From a virus, in IMG/VR virus record IMGVR_UViG_3300046168_000072, positions 32,001 through 96,000 of that record: 64,000 bases of DNA, one strand, 5' to 3'. A program made the position numbers and the translations under genes. Under the pieces are notes generated by a model. The model did not search any database. It saw nothing but the letters and a program-made list of their open reading frames with translations, and was not told the DNA's origin. Positions 47,488 through 57,529 of the stretch are shown here, piece after piece (within the stretch, counting starts at the first letter, position 1; the number at the start of each line of letters is the position of its first letter).

Positions 47488-49190
47488 TTTTGCTTTTGAT
47501 TTGAGAATACTTATTTTCATAAAAATCACTAATGCTTTCATCTAAATCTGATGGTTTGGCTAATGGATTTTTAAACATTGAAATTTCTCTAATCAATAGT
47601 TCAGATATATGCAATGCCAAAAGAAATGGAGATTTTTCTTTATAAAAACTTTCGAATTTCGGGTTGCCGTTATTTATTAATATAGTGAAGTCTGATATGT
47701 CATCTACTTTCGACATGGACTTTTTTTGCTCTTCTCCGAAATCGATAATTCGATACCTTAGTCTTTTGGACTTCTTAAGTTTTTGATTTCTGTATTTATT
47801 CCAGAGTGGTGGTATATTATTTTCAGGCTCAGGCTCCTCTTCCTCTTCTTCCTCTGGCTCTGGCTCAAAAGTCCATTCTTTGTCGATTGTTAATTCTGCG
47901 AAGCGCTCTAATTGTTTACGTTCCTCCTCTTCTTCTGTCAGTCAAATCTTCATCATCGTCTTCTTCCTCTTCGTCTTCCTCTTCGTCTTCCCAGAGGTCC
48001 GAAAAATCTTCATCATCAAAGTATTCAGCAAGCATACTTGAAACCTCATTAGCGAGCGCATCAAGTATATTCATCTTTTCTTCTTGATTCAACTTGATAT
48101 ATTCAACAATCCATTCAATTATAACTTTATAAACTCGAGTATAAAAAGGTATCGTTACTGGGTGATCATTGCGCAAACCATGATGTGATAAATCTTTTGC
48201 AGGCATGCCAGTATTGTCCATAACTTCAGATAGTTCATCACAAGAAATAAATCCAATCAACTGATTAAACACATTATAAATTTTATCTCTGTTTTCAATC
48301 TCTTCATTATTTTTAATTTCCAACCAATCCAAAGTTGAATCAAGCATATCTTGATCTGACAGATGGAATGGACAAATCTTGACTTTTGAAATAATATCAA
48401 TATTTTTAAGAGGATGGTTTTTGATAATGCCACGGTTATAAATTAGTGATAGTCTAAATTCAATATTTCCAGTTTTGGTTTCCCCGTAGTAATCATAATC
48501 AAATGTGCGACGGATAATTGGAATATTGGAACCAGGGAGTTTGTAGGAAAAATCTAAACTTTTGCCGTTTAAATAAATATTTAATTTTTTACCTTCTTTT
48601 TCTAGCTGCGGCAATAAAAACCCGAAAAATGTACAAAGCTCTCCTTTGATTGCGCCAGATGGCCAGCCATCTTTTTGAATGTTTTCTTTAAGTGTAACAA
48701 TTGTTATTTTGGTACCTGATTCGGTTTCGATAGAACAATCTTCTGGGAGTATTTCTGTTAAAGAAGGGGAATATTCGTTTAAAAACTCGACCCCAGAAGG
48801 TTTATACTCAATTAAAAAACACTTGCCATGTACGTTTTTTGTTTCAATGGTCCAATGTATATTTGTTTCGTGCGAAAGTTTATCATTGGCTAATTTACCG
48901 CCAATTCCCATTTGACCGAGTTTTACGCCTGCACCCCCAGTCAAATCATAAGAATTACCGAAAACAAAATACTTTTCGAATCCACTCATACCATTCTCAT
49001 CTTTTAAGTGATCAAATCCCTGCCCATCATCAATTATTATAGCGCTAGACTCATTAAAATCTATTTTGCAAAAAGTCGCAAAGTTTTGAATTGAATTTTT
49101 AACAAGCTCTGTAAAAGCTTGAGGTATATTAACAGTAGATTGCAAAAGTCTACTGAGATTTGCTCCTGTTTTAATTTGTATATTTTCCAT
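47480..49190 (-). CDS. GHKL (Hsp90/MORC-like) ATPase with acidic linker, frameshifted near 47936
   Basis: ELVKNS, IIDDGQG, GQMGIG, GTKI motifs; frame continues EEERKQLERF...EPEPEEE into ORF 47480-47716. Confidence 0.72.
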
Positions 49191-49200
49191 AATAGCTATA

Positions 49201-50086
49201 TTACACTATATAATCCCAGCTAAAAGAATTTAATACCTCCAAGTTTTCTTTTTGAGGGGCACCTTGATTTCTCGGTAAATCCACAAAGCCATCATAATCT
49301 ATATCATGACTATATTTAAAATGTAAATCAAATTCCGATAGGTTATATTTTTTATTAGACCAATGCTCTATCGATTCTTTACATAAATCATTTAATTTAA
49401 AATGCAAAAAGCCTAAATCATTAAAGTCCATTTTAATAATTTTACATTTATTTTTTTTTAATGAATTTAGGGTGGTGCAAACTAATATTATTAATAAATT
49501 CATTGCAAGATGTCTTGTATATGTATTTATTTACAACATCAACCAAACCATCTAAACAATTTACTTTTTTAAGGTTTGGTGTCTTTGGGTTCAAAAAACA
49601 AGATTCCATAGCTTTCCATTTCATAATGCAAAAATCATAAGAACAAAAAACTTTAAGAACGTCTTTCAGTGATTTAAAATTTTTTGAATATAGATACTCG
49701 TCAAGATCTATGGTTGAGACCCAGTCAAAATCATGTGAAAAAACGTTTTTGAAGTTAAATAAAGCAGAGCCTTGGATCTCTAACCAAGGTTGCATTGGAT
49801 CTTTTGGGGATTCTGTTTTATTTTCCAATCTTGAAAAGATAACTTTATCTTTGTATTTTGTTTTTAGCCTCAAATAAAAATCACAGATATCTTCTTCTTT
49901 TATATATTTTAACTCTGATATATTTATTCTCCTTTTGGTATCTTCATGTGGTTTTATAAGATTGTAATCGCTTGATTCATATAAAAATATTTTATCAACA
50001 CCAAAGTTTAAATGATGCTGAATCCATTCTTCTATATGGTAAATGGATTTTCTAAAAAAAAATGTAGAAGCTATCGCGGTTTTCAT
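49201..50086 (-). CDS. GT92/GT2-like glycosyltransferase, frameshifted at T9 (49451-49459)
   Basis: EEWIQHH..FGVD.I.LY, Q, WVS.IDLDEYL, K.I, HH, LHF. Confidence 0.68.
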
Positions 50087-50553
50087 TTTAAATACAAAAG
50101 TTCAGTTCTATTTTGTTTTACAAGTTTAGCCTTATCTTTCATGAATAATTCTATGTCTTTTTTATTTTGCTTGAAATCTTTCACCTTTACTGGATTGATG
50201 GCTATACAGAAATGTTTGATTGTATACTTGGAGAAATCGATAGACTCTAAAACTTCAAGAGCAATATCAGGGTCAAGTATGGATAAAAAATCGATAGATG
50301 TTGGAGAATCAAATAAAGATTTGTAAACTTTGTGCCCCAAATATTTTTTACCCACAAATACATTGGAGTCTTTTGTGTTTTTGAATGGGCTAATTTCTAA
50401 GCATATTAAATCTTTTGCGAAGTTTGTTTCGCGCAAAAACCAACGGTCACTTAACCATTTACTTGTTGAGTTGACGACTTCGTCGCTATCAAGCTTTATT
50501 AAATTAATGATATGCTTATTCGAACCCTCAAGATGTGATATTAAATTTTCCAT
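50083..50553 (-). CDS. Degenerate FkbM-like methyltransferase domain protein
   Basis: IDFLSI....ALEVLESIDFSKYTI..FCI resembles the FkbM C-terminus. Confidence 0.45.
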   Translation of the reverse strand: MENLISHLEGSNKHIINLIKLDSDEVVNSTSKWLSDRWFLRETNFAKDLICLEISPFKNTKDSNVFVGKKYLGHKVYKSLFDSPTSIDFLSILDPDIALEVLESIDFSKYTIKHFCIAINPVKVKDFKQNKKDIELFMKDKAKLVKQNRTELLYLK

Positions 50554-51302
50554 TTTCGAGCTTTGATAAAAGAATCTTTTTTGTATTCCGCTTCTTTTTT
50601 TGTGTTTGGGTGCCAGACGTATGTTTCTTCTTCTATTGGGCCACGTTTAACCAGTGGCTTGCTTAAAGCTAATAACGAAAGCTCATTGTAATTATAGTCT
50701 TGATCGGCAGTATTATCTATAATTAATTCATCGCCAAGCTTATGGGGTTGAGGTGTCGGTTGATTATGTAGTAAAAATTGATTAAAGTTTTTCTGGTCAG
50801 AACCTTTAATTTCCCGTGTGTTTAAAAACCTATCAAGATAATTGATTGTTTTGTAATTGCTTCTGAAAAATACCCAGCCCATGCAACATGTAAAACCAAA
50901 AGCCTCACGAACTTCTGGTGGAAATGCCCCATTATGCCTTACGGTTGATACGATAATATCCTGGCCGTTAGCTTCAATCAAATCAGGTATAGGATTCTTT
51001 AGCCAAAGAGCATCCGTGTCAGAATGAATAATATCAAAACCATCCTCTAGATACTTTTTGAATATAAAAGTTCGACGCATTGTATGCTTGCATCCAGAAA
51101 TCCAATCGTCGCTAAATTCATCAAGAACTCTTGAATGACATCCGTGAGATTTTAAATATTCGTCAGACTCAGGATCTAAACATAATACTTCATAATTGTC
51201 GATAGATAAAGCTTCTAGGTGCTTGACCCAATTAAGAGCTATCTCTCTGTAAGGATAATTGCAGAACGATATAATTTTAAGATTCATATTCAAATAAGTC
51301 AA
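50541..51302 (-). CDS. Nucleotide-diphospho-sugar transferase (GT77-like)
   Basis: NWV.HL, HSDTDALWLKNP, CMGW.F, DQ..FN. Confidence 0.75.
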   Translation of the reverse strand: MTYLNMNLKIISFCNYPYREIALNWVKHLEALSIDNYEVLCLDPESDEYLKSHGCHSRVLDEFSDDWISGCKHTMRRTFIFKKYLEDGFDIIHSDTDALWLKNPIPDLIEANGQDIIVSTVRHNGAFPPEVREAFGFTCCMGWVFFRSNYKTINYLDRFLNTREIKGSDQKNFNQFLLHNQPTPQPHKLGDELIIDNTADQDYNYNELSLLALSKPLVKRGPIEEETYVWHPNTKKEAEYKKDSFIKARKWKI

Positions 51303-51915
51303 AGTCGTTTTTATAGTAGTTATACACTTTATCTTTTAACTCATCTGTCCATGAAGAGTTTACTTTAAACGTTCTAGAATTATATGCGTGAGGCAGTTGA
51401 TATTCAAACATGTTTAAGTCTTCACATGCTTTTTTAAAGTCTTGGTTTAAGCTTTCAAACCGACCTGTAAAATCACAAGTGAAATCGGAGCTGATTTTAT
51501 CTGTAAAGTAATGGCCGCCATTTAATTGAGGAAAGAACTCGAATTGTGGCAATGTATGGTATTCATCATATTCACTCCATAAATTTTGATGGTCTTTGCG
51601 ATAATCAAGATCAGTAGTTAATAGCACATATTCTTCGAACGATACCGCGCGTTCTTTATTGTAAAAAGACAGGTCACCTTCTTTTTCAAATTTAAGTTGC
51701 CCCCATTTCCAGGCAGAAACTAAACGATTATATGGATTGCGAACAAATGAAAATACATAATAATCAAGATGCTGATTTAAAAACCTAGAGAAACCACGTT
51801 TTCTTAATACTTTCTGGGGTATATCTGGGTCAATTTCTCGTAAAAACCTTTCTACAGATGTGCCTGCAGCTTTTGGAATATGAATGAATATACATTTATG
51901 CTTGTGACTAATCAT
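51277..51915 (-). CDS. Sulfotransferase family 2
   Basis: FIHIPKAAGTS, FVRNPYNRLVSAW, H..PQ, GRFE, YY..DF..F.Y. Confidence 0.88.
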   Translation of the reverse strand: MISHKHKCIFIHIPKAAGTSVERFLREIDPDIPQKVLRKRGFSRFLNQHLDYYVFSFVRNPYNRLVSAWKWGQLKFEKEGDLSFYNKERAVSFEEYVLLTTDLDYRKDHQNLWSEYDEYHTLPQFEFFPQLNGGHYFTDKISSDFTCDFTGRFESLNQDFKKACEDLNMFEYQLPHAYNSRTFKVNSSWTDELKDKVYNYYKNDFDLFEYES

Positions 51916-52690
51916 TGCTAAACCTTTTTGTTTTGCGACCTCTCCAGTTTTTTCTACCCTCTCCCAGGTGAATCGCTTGAAAGCGTCTTGGAAAAACTTC
52001 TATTCCTGAATTTATGCGAGCGGTAATTTCGTCTGGATGCTTATCTTCTCTGCAAAATTGTTTTTTAAATTCTGTGTCTGGGTAGGCCGCAGTAATTGAT
52101 CGTTTGAATAAGTATTTTGGATTATAAAGGTAACCTTGGAAATAACCGTCAAGCATATTGTTTCTATAGTATTTTTTCGCATTCTTGGAGTCAGTAAAAT
52201 CGCCATACTTATCATAATCAATACGCCAACATCCGTATAAAGTATCATTTTTCAAAGTACAGTCATGAAGGTGTTGTTGAAAATCTTCTGGTATTAAAAT
52301 ATCACTATCAATAGAAATGACAAAGTCAGAGTTGGATAAATGATTTAATAATTTAGATTGAACAAATCTAATAGCACCACCTTTATCAAAGGTAACTTTC
52401 TTATATTTTGGCGGCAATAACCTTAAGTTTGGATTATCATTAGTCAAAAAAGCGTCATCTCCAATAAAAGGCATTTGCTGGTGTTCTGGTAGGCATAAAC
52501 CTGGAACCAAGGGGTAAAATACTAATTCAATATTATCTAAATTAAAATTATTAATCAATGCAATTGTGTCTTCGTCATCTTCCTGAGTAACAATATACCA
52601 TTTTCGAAATAGAGTATGGTTTTTCTTTATAGAGAAATACAGAAAATCGCTATAATTTTTAGAAACTGTTATGCCGTAAATATTGTTCAT
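51908..52690 (-). CDS. Putative GT-A glycosyltransferase
   Basis: TVS.NY.DFL, FDKG.AI, IDSDILIP, LYGC.R, GYFQ, HLG....NW.GR. Confidence 0.62.
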   Translation of the reverse strand: MNNIYGITVSKNYSDFLYFSIKKNHTLFRKWYIVTQEDDEDTIALINNFNLDNIELVFYPLVPGLCLPEHQQMPFIGDDAFLTNDNPNLRLLPPKYKKVTFDKGGAIRFVQSKLLNHLSNSDFVISIDSDILIPEDFQQHLHDCTLKNDTLYGCWRIDYDKYGDFTDSKNAKKYYRNNMLDGYFQGYLYNPKYLFKRSITAAYPDTEFKKQFCREDKHPDEITARINSGIEVFPRRFQAIHLGEGRKNWRGRKTKRFSND

Positions 52691-53610
52691 AAGCTATGAT
52701 AAACCTCTGAGTGATAAAAATCATGTAAAAATTTATCGTAAGTAAATAGGTTTTTTGAATTTAATTGTTTTAAATATGAATTGGCTTCAATTAATTTATT
52801 GATAAATAAATCTTTACTTGAGAAAAAATAGTTTAATTCATCTGTGGATTTGTAAAATAATGGGTAAGACTCACCTAAGTACTCTTCTATTGGTTCTATT
52901 CGGTTTACAATAATAGGAGTTTCTGTTGTAATGCATTCAATAATCGTATTGCTGGCCGCACAGTCAAAATATTTTTGAAAAACAAAAGAAGATGTTAGCA
53001 ATTTGTCATATTCTTTATCGTCAAATTCTCTTGAGCACGAATCAGGCCCAATCAAAATCTTATTTTTTATAAAATTTGCAAAAGAGTATTGATTAAAAAA
53101 ATCAATATTCCTATAATTAGAGCCAATATGCAAAGCAGAATAGTTGAAATTATTAATATTCCATTTTATATTGTATTCTATCGGATGTAGTAAGTTTGAA
53201 ATTGGCAGGCCTTTAAAGTCTGGCAAGCTTAAGTAATGTCTTTTTTGATAATTAGTTAGAGTGAAAATACCTTTAAGATTTTTAAGGCAAAGTTGTAGAT
53301 CTGGATTATGAATATGATTTAATAGCGAAAAATTATATTCTGACCTCACCTGCTTTGGGGGCTCATGAATGAAGGCTACCCATGGGCATTTTTCATATAT
53401 CTTCTTGCGATGAGAATCTTCTTTATACAAAAAAACTCTTTCAAAAAAAGGCTCTAAGAAAGCAGAGCCACTCAAATTTGGGCAATGATTATTTAGCTCC
53501 TGTATAACGCGACGCCAGCCAAACCTGTGATGTGGATACAAGTTTAATGTTTCTTGTGGGATTTGTATTTTTGAAAAAAACATTATCTTAAAAAGATATT
53601 CAAAAAACAA
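52687..53610 (-). CDS. Putative GT-B glycosyltransferase
   Basis: HRFGW, W..FIH.P, L.GIF.L, ASNTIIECI...P..VNR, EYLG..YPLFY. Confidence 0.55.
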   Translation of the reverse strand: MFFEYLFKIMFFSKIQIPQETLNLYPHHRFGWRRVIQELNNHCPNLSGSAFLEPFFERVFLYKEDSHRKKIYEKCPWVAFIHEPPKQVRSEYNFSLLNHIHNPDLQLCLKNLKGIFTLTNYQKRHYLSLPDFKGLPISNLLHPIEYNIKWNINNFNYSALHIGSNYRNIDFFNQYSFANFIKNKILIGPDSCSREFDDKEYDKLLTSSFVFQKYFDCAASNTIIECITTETPIIVNRIEPIEEYLGESYPLFYKSTDELNYFFSSKDLFINKLIEANSYLKQLNSKNLFTYDKFLHDFYHSEVYHSL

Positions 53611-54674
53611 TTATCCAAATAGGTTTGTTCTAAGTGGAGGGAATGCATTTGGTCATTGCGATGATTAAAGTCAAGCAAAGTTTGACTTGCCGCTTCAAAT
53701 AGATTTTTGATATTTGATTTGCTTTTGATATTATCCCAGTCATCGATGAAGCCGTTATGTTTTAAAGAGGGGTTGATGGTAATTCTTGGTTTGTTGTATA
53801 TTGAGGATAAAATTCTTACGTGAAGACTAGTGCTTATAGTAAGGGCGGATTCTGAGATTAAATTACAAATGTCCCAAACATTAAGGCTGTTAAAAAAATG
53901 TAACCTTTTAGGAAGTTTTCCTTTAAAGCACTTTATGTATTGAGCTCGAGAGTCGTGAAAAGGAGCAGATCCAGCCATAAAAAAAACCACATCTAAATTA
54001 TATTCCTTCGAAATCAGTATGATTTGATCAAAAATGCATGAAGCATTAGAAGCTAAAACCGCCGAATTTATTTGCACCGCTAGATATTTAGAACCAAAAC
54101 TTTGAGTGCGTTTCTTGGAAATAAGATTGTCAAAAAAATGTTTTGTTAAGACCGCGCAATCAGGAATATGTAAACCGTGATCAATTTTATTATTAATTAA
54201 AATATCGAGAGAGCTTTTATCTCGAAAGGATAAGAAATCAAAATCCATTAAATTGACTACAGAGTCTTCGGTAACTCCACCTATAGAATTCGCGACAAAA
54301 AGGCCTGGGTTCTTGAAGTCGCGCTTGCTTAAAAGATAAGGGAATTTTATGTTTTTACCATTAAGTTTTGATAACTCTAAATTATGCTTAGAGCTACTAG
54401 AGTTGGGATTAAAACATTTTAATGCGGATTCTTTTTTTACATGCCCTACTTGTCCTCCAACATGAATTAAGTGAACTGTTTCATCTGAGTCAAAAAAATC
54501 AGTTATCGAAAGAACCTTGTGGCCTTGGTATTGACGCATGTCTCGAGAAAAAATATCACAAACAAAAATTGGTATATTTACATCTTTCAGTAAATTACCG
54601 ACAATATGCGGGAATAGCATATCGCCAAAATTATGTCTGCCAAAAGCGCCGTATAGTATAATTTTTTCGCTCAC
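53583..54674 (-). CDS. Polysaccharide pyruvyl transferase family protein
   Basis: G..N.GD.L, GG, NSIG, RD..S, PD, TSLH..I. Confidence 0.78.
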   Translation of the reverse strand: MSEKIILYGAFGRHNFGDMLFPHIVGNLLKDVNIPIFVCDIFSRDMRQYQGHKVLSITDFFDSDETVHLIHVGGQVGHVKKESALKCFNPNSSSSKHNLELSKLNGKNIKFPYLLSKRDFKNPGLFVANSIGGVTEDSVVNLMDFDFLSFRDKSSLDILINNKIDHGLHIPDCAVLTKHFFDNLISKKRTQSFGSKYLAVQINSAVLASNASCIFDQIILISKEYNLDVVFFMAGSAPFHDSRAQYIKCFKGKLPKRLHFFNSLNVWDICNLISESALTISTSLHVRILSSIYNKPRITINPSLKHNGFIDDWDNIKSKSNIKNLFEAASQTLLDFNHRNDQMHSLHLEQTYLDNCFLNIFLR

Positions 54675-55366
54675 TAATCAAGTATTGTTTTAATACGATC
54701 TCTATTTTGAATAATGACAGAATCTTTAACGCTTAAGCTATTGGAGTTTTGAGATCCAAACATACCGCACCTGTCATTATAATAATAAGGTAATGTGAAT
54801 ATACTTACATCAGAACTTTCCCACGCAAGATGCCTAAATGAACCCTGGTCGTGCTCATGATCTACTAAATCGTTTTCGTATAAACGTTTCCATTCAGAAA
54901 TAAAAGAATCTGTGGTTGTATTTTTTCGCCAATATATTACATCGCAATTCCACTCTCTAAAACAAGAGGGGGCATTTGTTTTCATCTCGTGTTGATAAGG
55001 AGCATGGACCATCGCGAAATCATATTTACTTAATAGACTAAAAGGTTCTAGAACTTTTTCGTTTAAAGCATATGTATCGCAACCAAGGTATAAATTATAA
55101 TCATGATCTGTCTCCAGCATAGCCCGCATCTTGACAAGCATTTGACCTCTTTTATGAATACGATTTTTAAGTGTGTTTGGGACAATAAATTCAGTTGTAT
55201 GAACTTTATCAAAGACTGAATCTATTTTTTGATTTGTATTTGTATAAAGTTCTACTGAAACATTTGGAATGTATTTTTTAAAGCTTTTTGCAGAAATAAT
55301 TGATTCTTCAATATATTGACCGCCATCATGGTCTGAATTTACGTAAATTAATTTTACTTTATTCAT
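54674..55366 (-). CDS. Putative glycosyltransferase (GT8-like)
   Basis: SA.S.K, LYLGCDT, E.N..VI, DQ.SFR...W, LP..YN.R. Confidence 0.62.
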   Translation of the reverse strand: MNKVKLIYVNSDHDGGQYIEESIISAKSFKKYIPNVSVELYTNTNQKIDSVFDKVHTTEFIVPNTLKNRIHKRGQMLVKMRAMLETDHDYNLYLGCDTYALNEKVLEPFSLLSKYDFAMVHAPYQHEMKTNAPSCFREWNCDVIYWRKNTTTDSFISEWKRLYENDLVDHEHDQGSFRHLAWESSDVSIFTLPYYYNDRCGMFGSQNSNSLSVKDSVIIQNRDRIKTILD

Positions 55367-56028
55367 TTATTATGAAATCCAATCATTTGCACATTATGTA
55401 CTAAACCCCAATCTCCTAGTAATTCAATATCAAATCCTAATTGTTTAGCTAAATATTCATAAAATGAAATGTGTTGATGATACGGATCTTGAAGTAAATA
55501 AGTGTTTAGCTTAGTTTTTTTATCGTTAACATGACACAATGTATCCAAGGAAGGGCAGTCGAAGATTGTAAAATAAAATACCCCAGTTTTAGCCATGTGT
55601 TTTTTTGCTTTGATTAAGCATAATTGTATCAAATTCATCGGCAGGTGAGTGAATACAGAGTGCGCAAACATAAAATCAAATTCAACATTAAACTTCTCAA
55701 ATTCAAAAAAATCACTAGAAATAAAAGTTGGATTTTTACTTATTAATGAGTCATCACTAATTTCATGTTTAATTCCTAGATTTATTAAGGATTGATTAAT
55801 ATCTATGCCAAAATACCTTTCCTTATCCAGGAAAGGTATAGCTTTAGAGCCTAACCTTAGGCATCCGCAACCAATGTCTAGTAATCTAGAAGAAGGAGTC
55901 ATTCCTTGAGAGACTAAAAAATCAAACTGGAGTTTAGACATGCCGTCCCAATTTTTGCCTATGCCTTCTCGAGGTTTAGTATATTGTTGGTTTTTGTCGT
56001 ATGGTAATTTTAATATTTTTTTATTCAT
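55363..56028 (-). CDS. Class I SAM-dependent methyltransferase
   Basis: LLDIGCGCLR, YFGID, FDF..AHSVFTHL, G.FY.T. Confidence 0.85.
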   Translation of the reverse strand: MNKKILKLPYDKNQQYTKPREGIGKNWDGMSKLQFDFLVSQGMTPSSRLLDIGCGCLRLGSKAIPFLDKERYFGIDINQSLINLGIKHEISDDSLISKNPTFISSDFFEFEKFNVEFDFMFAHSVFTHLPMNLIQLCLIKAKKHMAKTGVFYFTIFDCPSLDTLCHVNDKKTKLNTYLLQDPYHQHISFYEYLAKQLGFDIELLGDWGLVHNVQMIGFHNK

Positions 56029-56033
56029 GTGAT

Positions 56034-56654
56034 TTATTCCCCAAATTTATATCCAAAATACTCGATGTCCTGTGCATATTTTTCCGCAACAATTTCTCTG
56101 CTTTCATCATCGTAGTATTCGGTGTAATGTTTGTGGTTTGATTTGTTTTTGTGTGGAAGTTGTTGGCGAGGAATGCCGATTTTGTCGCAAACGATATCGA
56201 AATCTTCTTGTAAGTTCTCAAATCTTCCAATAAAGTTTAAATCTAATACACCATCAATAAGAAAATAATCAACTTGTGGAATAAAATGAGATTTTTGAAA
56301 ATGAGTATAATCAGAAAATGATTTATTTGAGATCAAACGAACAAATGTACTAAAATCTAAATCCTTGGGATGAACCATTCGATTTGGGTTAGGCTTCCAC
56401 ATAGCGGTGCCATGCTTCAAGAAAACAAACTCAGAAGCTATTTTTGACCAAGGGCTCCTTACAAAAGAAAATTTAAAAAAAGAATCATAACTCGAAACTG
56501 TTTCTTTATAATCGGAGGCTCGATAATGATCTATTTCCCTGTTTTTGTCATCTATGTATGGGGGGAGGACATTATAGTTTAAAGCTTTATGAATTGAATG
56601 CCCAGCAGTTCTTGGGACATGAATAAATATGAACTTATGATTATTGTCGATCAT
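56034..56654 (-). CDS. Sulfotransferase family 2
   Basis: FIHVPRTAG.S, FVRSPW...S, HFIPQ, GRFENL, Y..DIEYFGY.F. Confidence 0.88.
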   Translation of the reverse strand: MIDNNHKFIFIHVPRTAGHSIHKALNYNVLPPYIDDKNREIDHYRASDYKETVSSYDSFFKFSFVRSPWSKIASEFVFLKHGTAMWKPNPNRMVHPKDLDFSTFVRLISNKSFSDYTHFQKSHFIPQVDYFLIDGVLDLNFIGRFENLQEDFDIVCDKIGIPRQQLPHKNKSNHKHYTEYYDDESREIVAEKYAQDIEYFGYKFGE

Positions 56655-56656
56655 TT

Positions 56657-57526
56657 TTATTTATAATTAAGAATTGCATTTTCTAAAGCTTCTGTCACGG
56701 TTCTTATTTTTATGTATTTTTCAACTTTTGATGTATCAAGAACGCAGTTTGATCTTGGGGTAATAACATGTTCGCTGAAAGATTCTAGGCTATCAAAAAA
56801 TTCAAAGTCTTTATTTGATAAATTATACTTCTTGATTAACTCAACAACATCTTTTGTCGTAACGCTCCCTTTGTTTGTAATATTATAAATTCCATGAGGA
56901 ACTTTTTGTTCAAGCAAATCAATTGCGTATTTTGCAAAATCCCTTCTGTGGGATAAAGAATTTGCTACGTTTAATAATTTGTCGTAAGAAAGTAATTTTG
57001 TCAAATAATTTCTTGGTGATTTATGTTCGTCAAAAGGTATTCGCAACCTAAAAAGGTACGACCTTGGATTATGTTTAAGTATCATTTTTTCACATAAAGC
57101 TTTTGTTCCGCTGTAAAAACTGCCGTTTTGAAAATCAAAATTAGAATCATCTTCTTCGGAAAACTTTTTTGAATATCCATTGTATATGCAACCAGAAGAT
57201 ATTTGAACTAAAGTAGAATAGGTAGTTGTGCAAAAATTAGCTAAATTAGTAGGGAAAATGACATTGCCCATAATAGTATCCGCTTTATTTAACTCACAAG
57301 CATCAACATTTGGCTTGCCTATGTGCCCCGCGCAGTTGATTATAACGGCATTTTTAAAAGACTTATCGTAACTATTATAATGCATATGCGCATAGTTCGT
57401 GAACTCCTTAAAATTAGTATAATCTAAATCAGACCTACTTAAAGCTAAATATTTTAGACTTCTTGACTTCAATTCTTTTATAATAGCCTCTGCTATGTAT
57501 CCATTCTTTCCCAATACTACGTACAT
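56657..57526 (-). CDS. RmlD-like / NDP-4-keto-6-deoxyhexose 3,5-epimerase-4-reductase
   Basis: G..GYI, NCAG.IGKPNVDACE, SSGCIY, SFYSGTK, RLRIPF, GIYN.TN.G. Confidence 0.82.
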   Translation of the reverse strand: MYVVLGKNGYIAEAIIKELKSRSLKYLALSRSDLDYTNFKEFTNYAHMHYNSYDKSFKNAVIINCAGHIGKPNVDACELNKADTIMGNVIFPTNLANFCTTTYSTLVQISSGCIYNGYSKKFSEEDDSNFDFQNGSFYSGTKALCEKMILKHNPRSYLFRLRIPFDEHKSPRNYLTKLLSYDKLLNVANSLSHRRDFAKYAIDLLEQKVPHGIYNITNKGSVTTKDVVELIKKYNLSNKDFEFFDSLESFSEHVITPRSNCVLDTSKVEKYIKIRTVTEALENAILNYK

Positions 57527-57529
57527 AAA

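Noticed and set aside
39504-50086. Stop-codon reassignment as the cause of fragmented ORFs
   Set aside because: Breaks are frame changes rather than in-frame stops, and TAA/TAG/TGA all end intact genes elsewhere.
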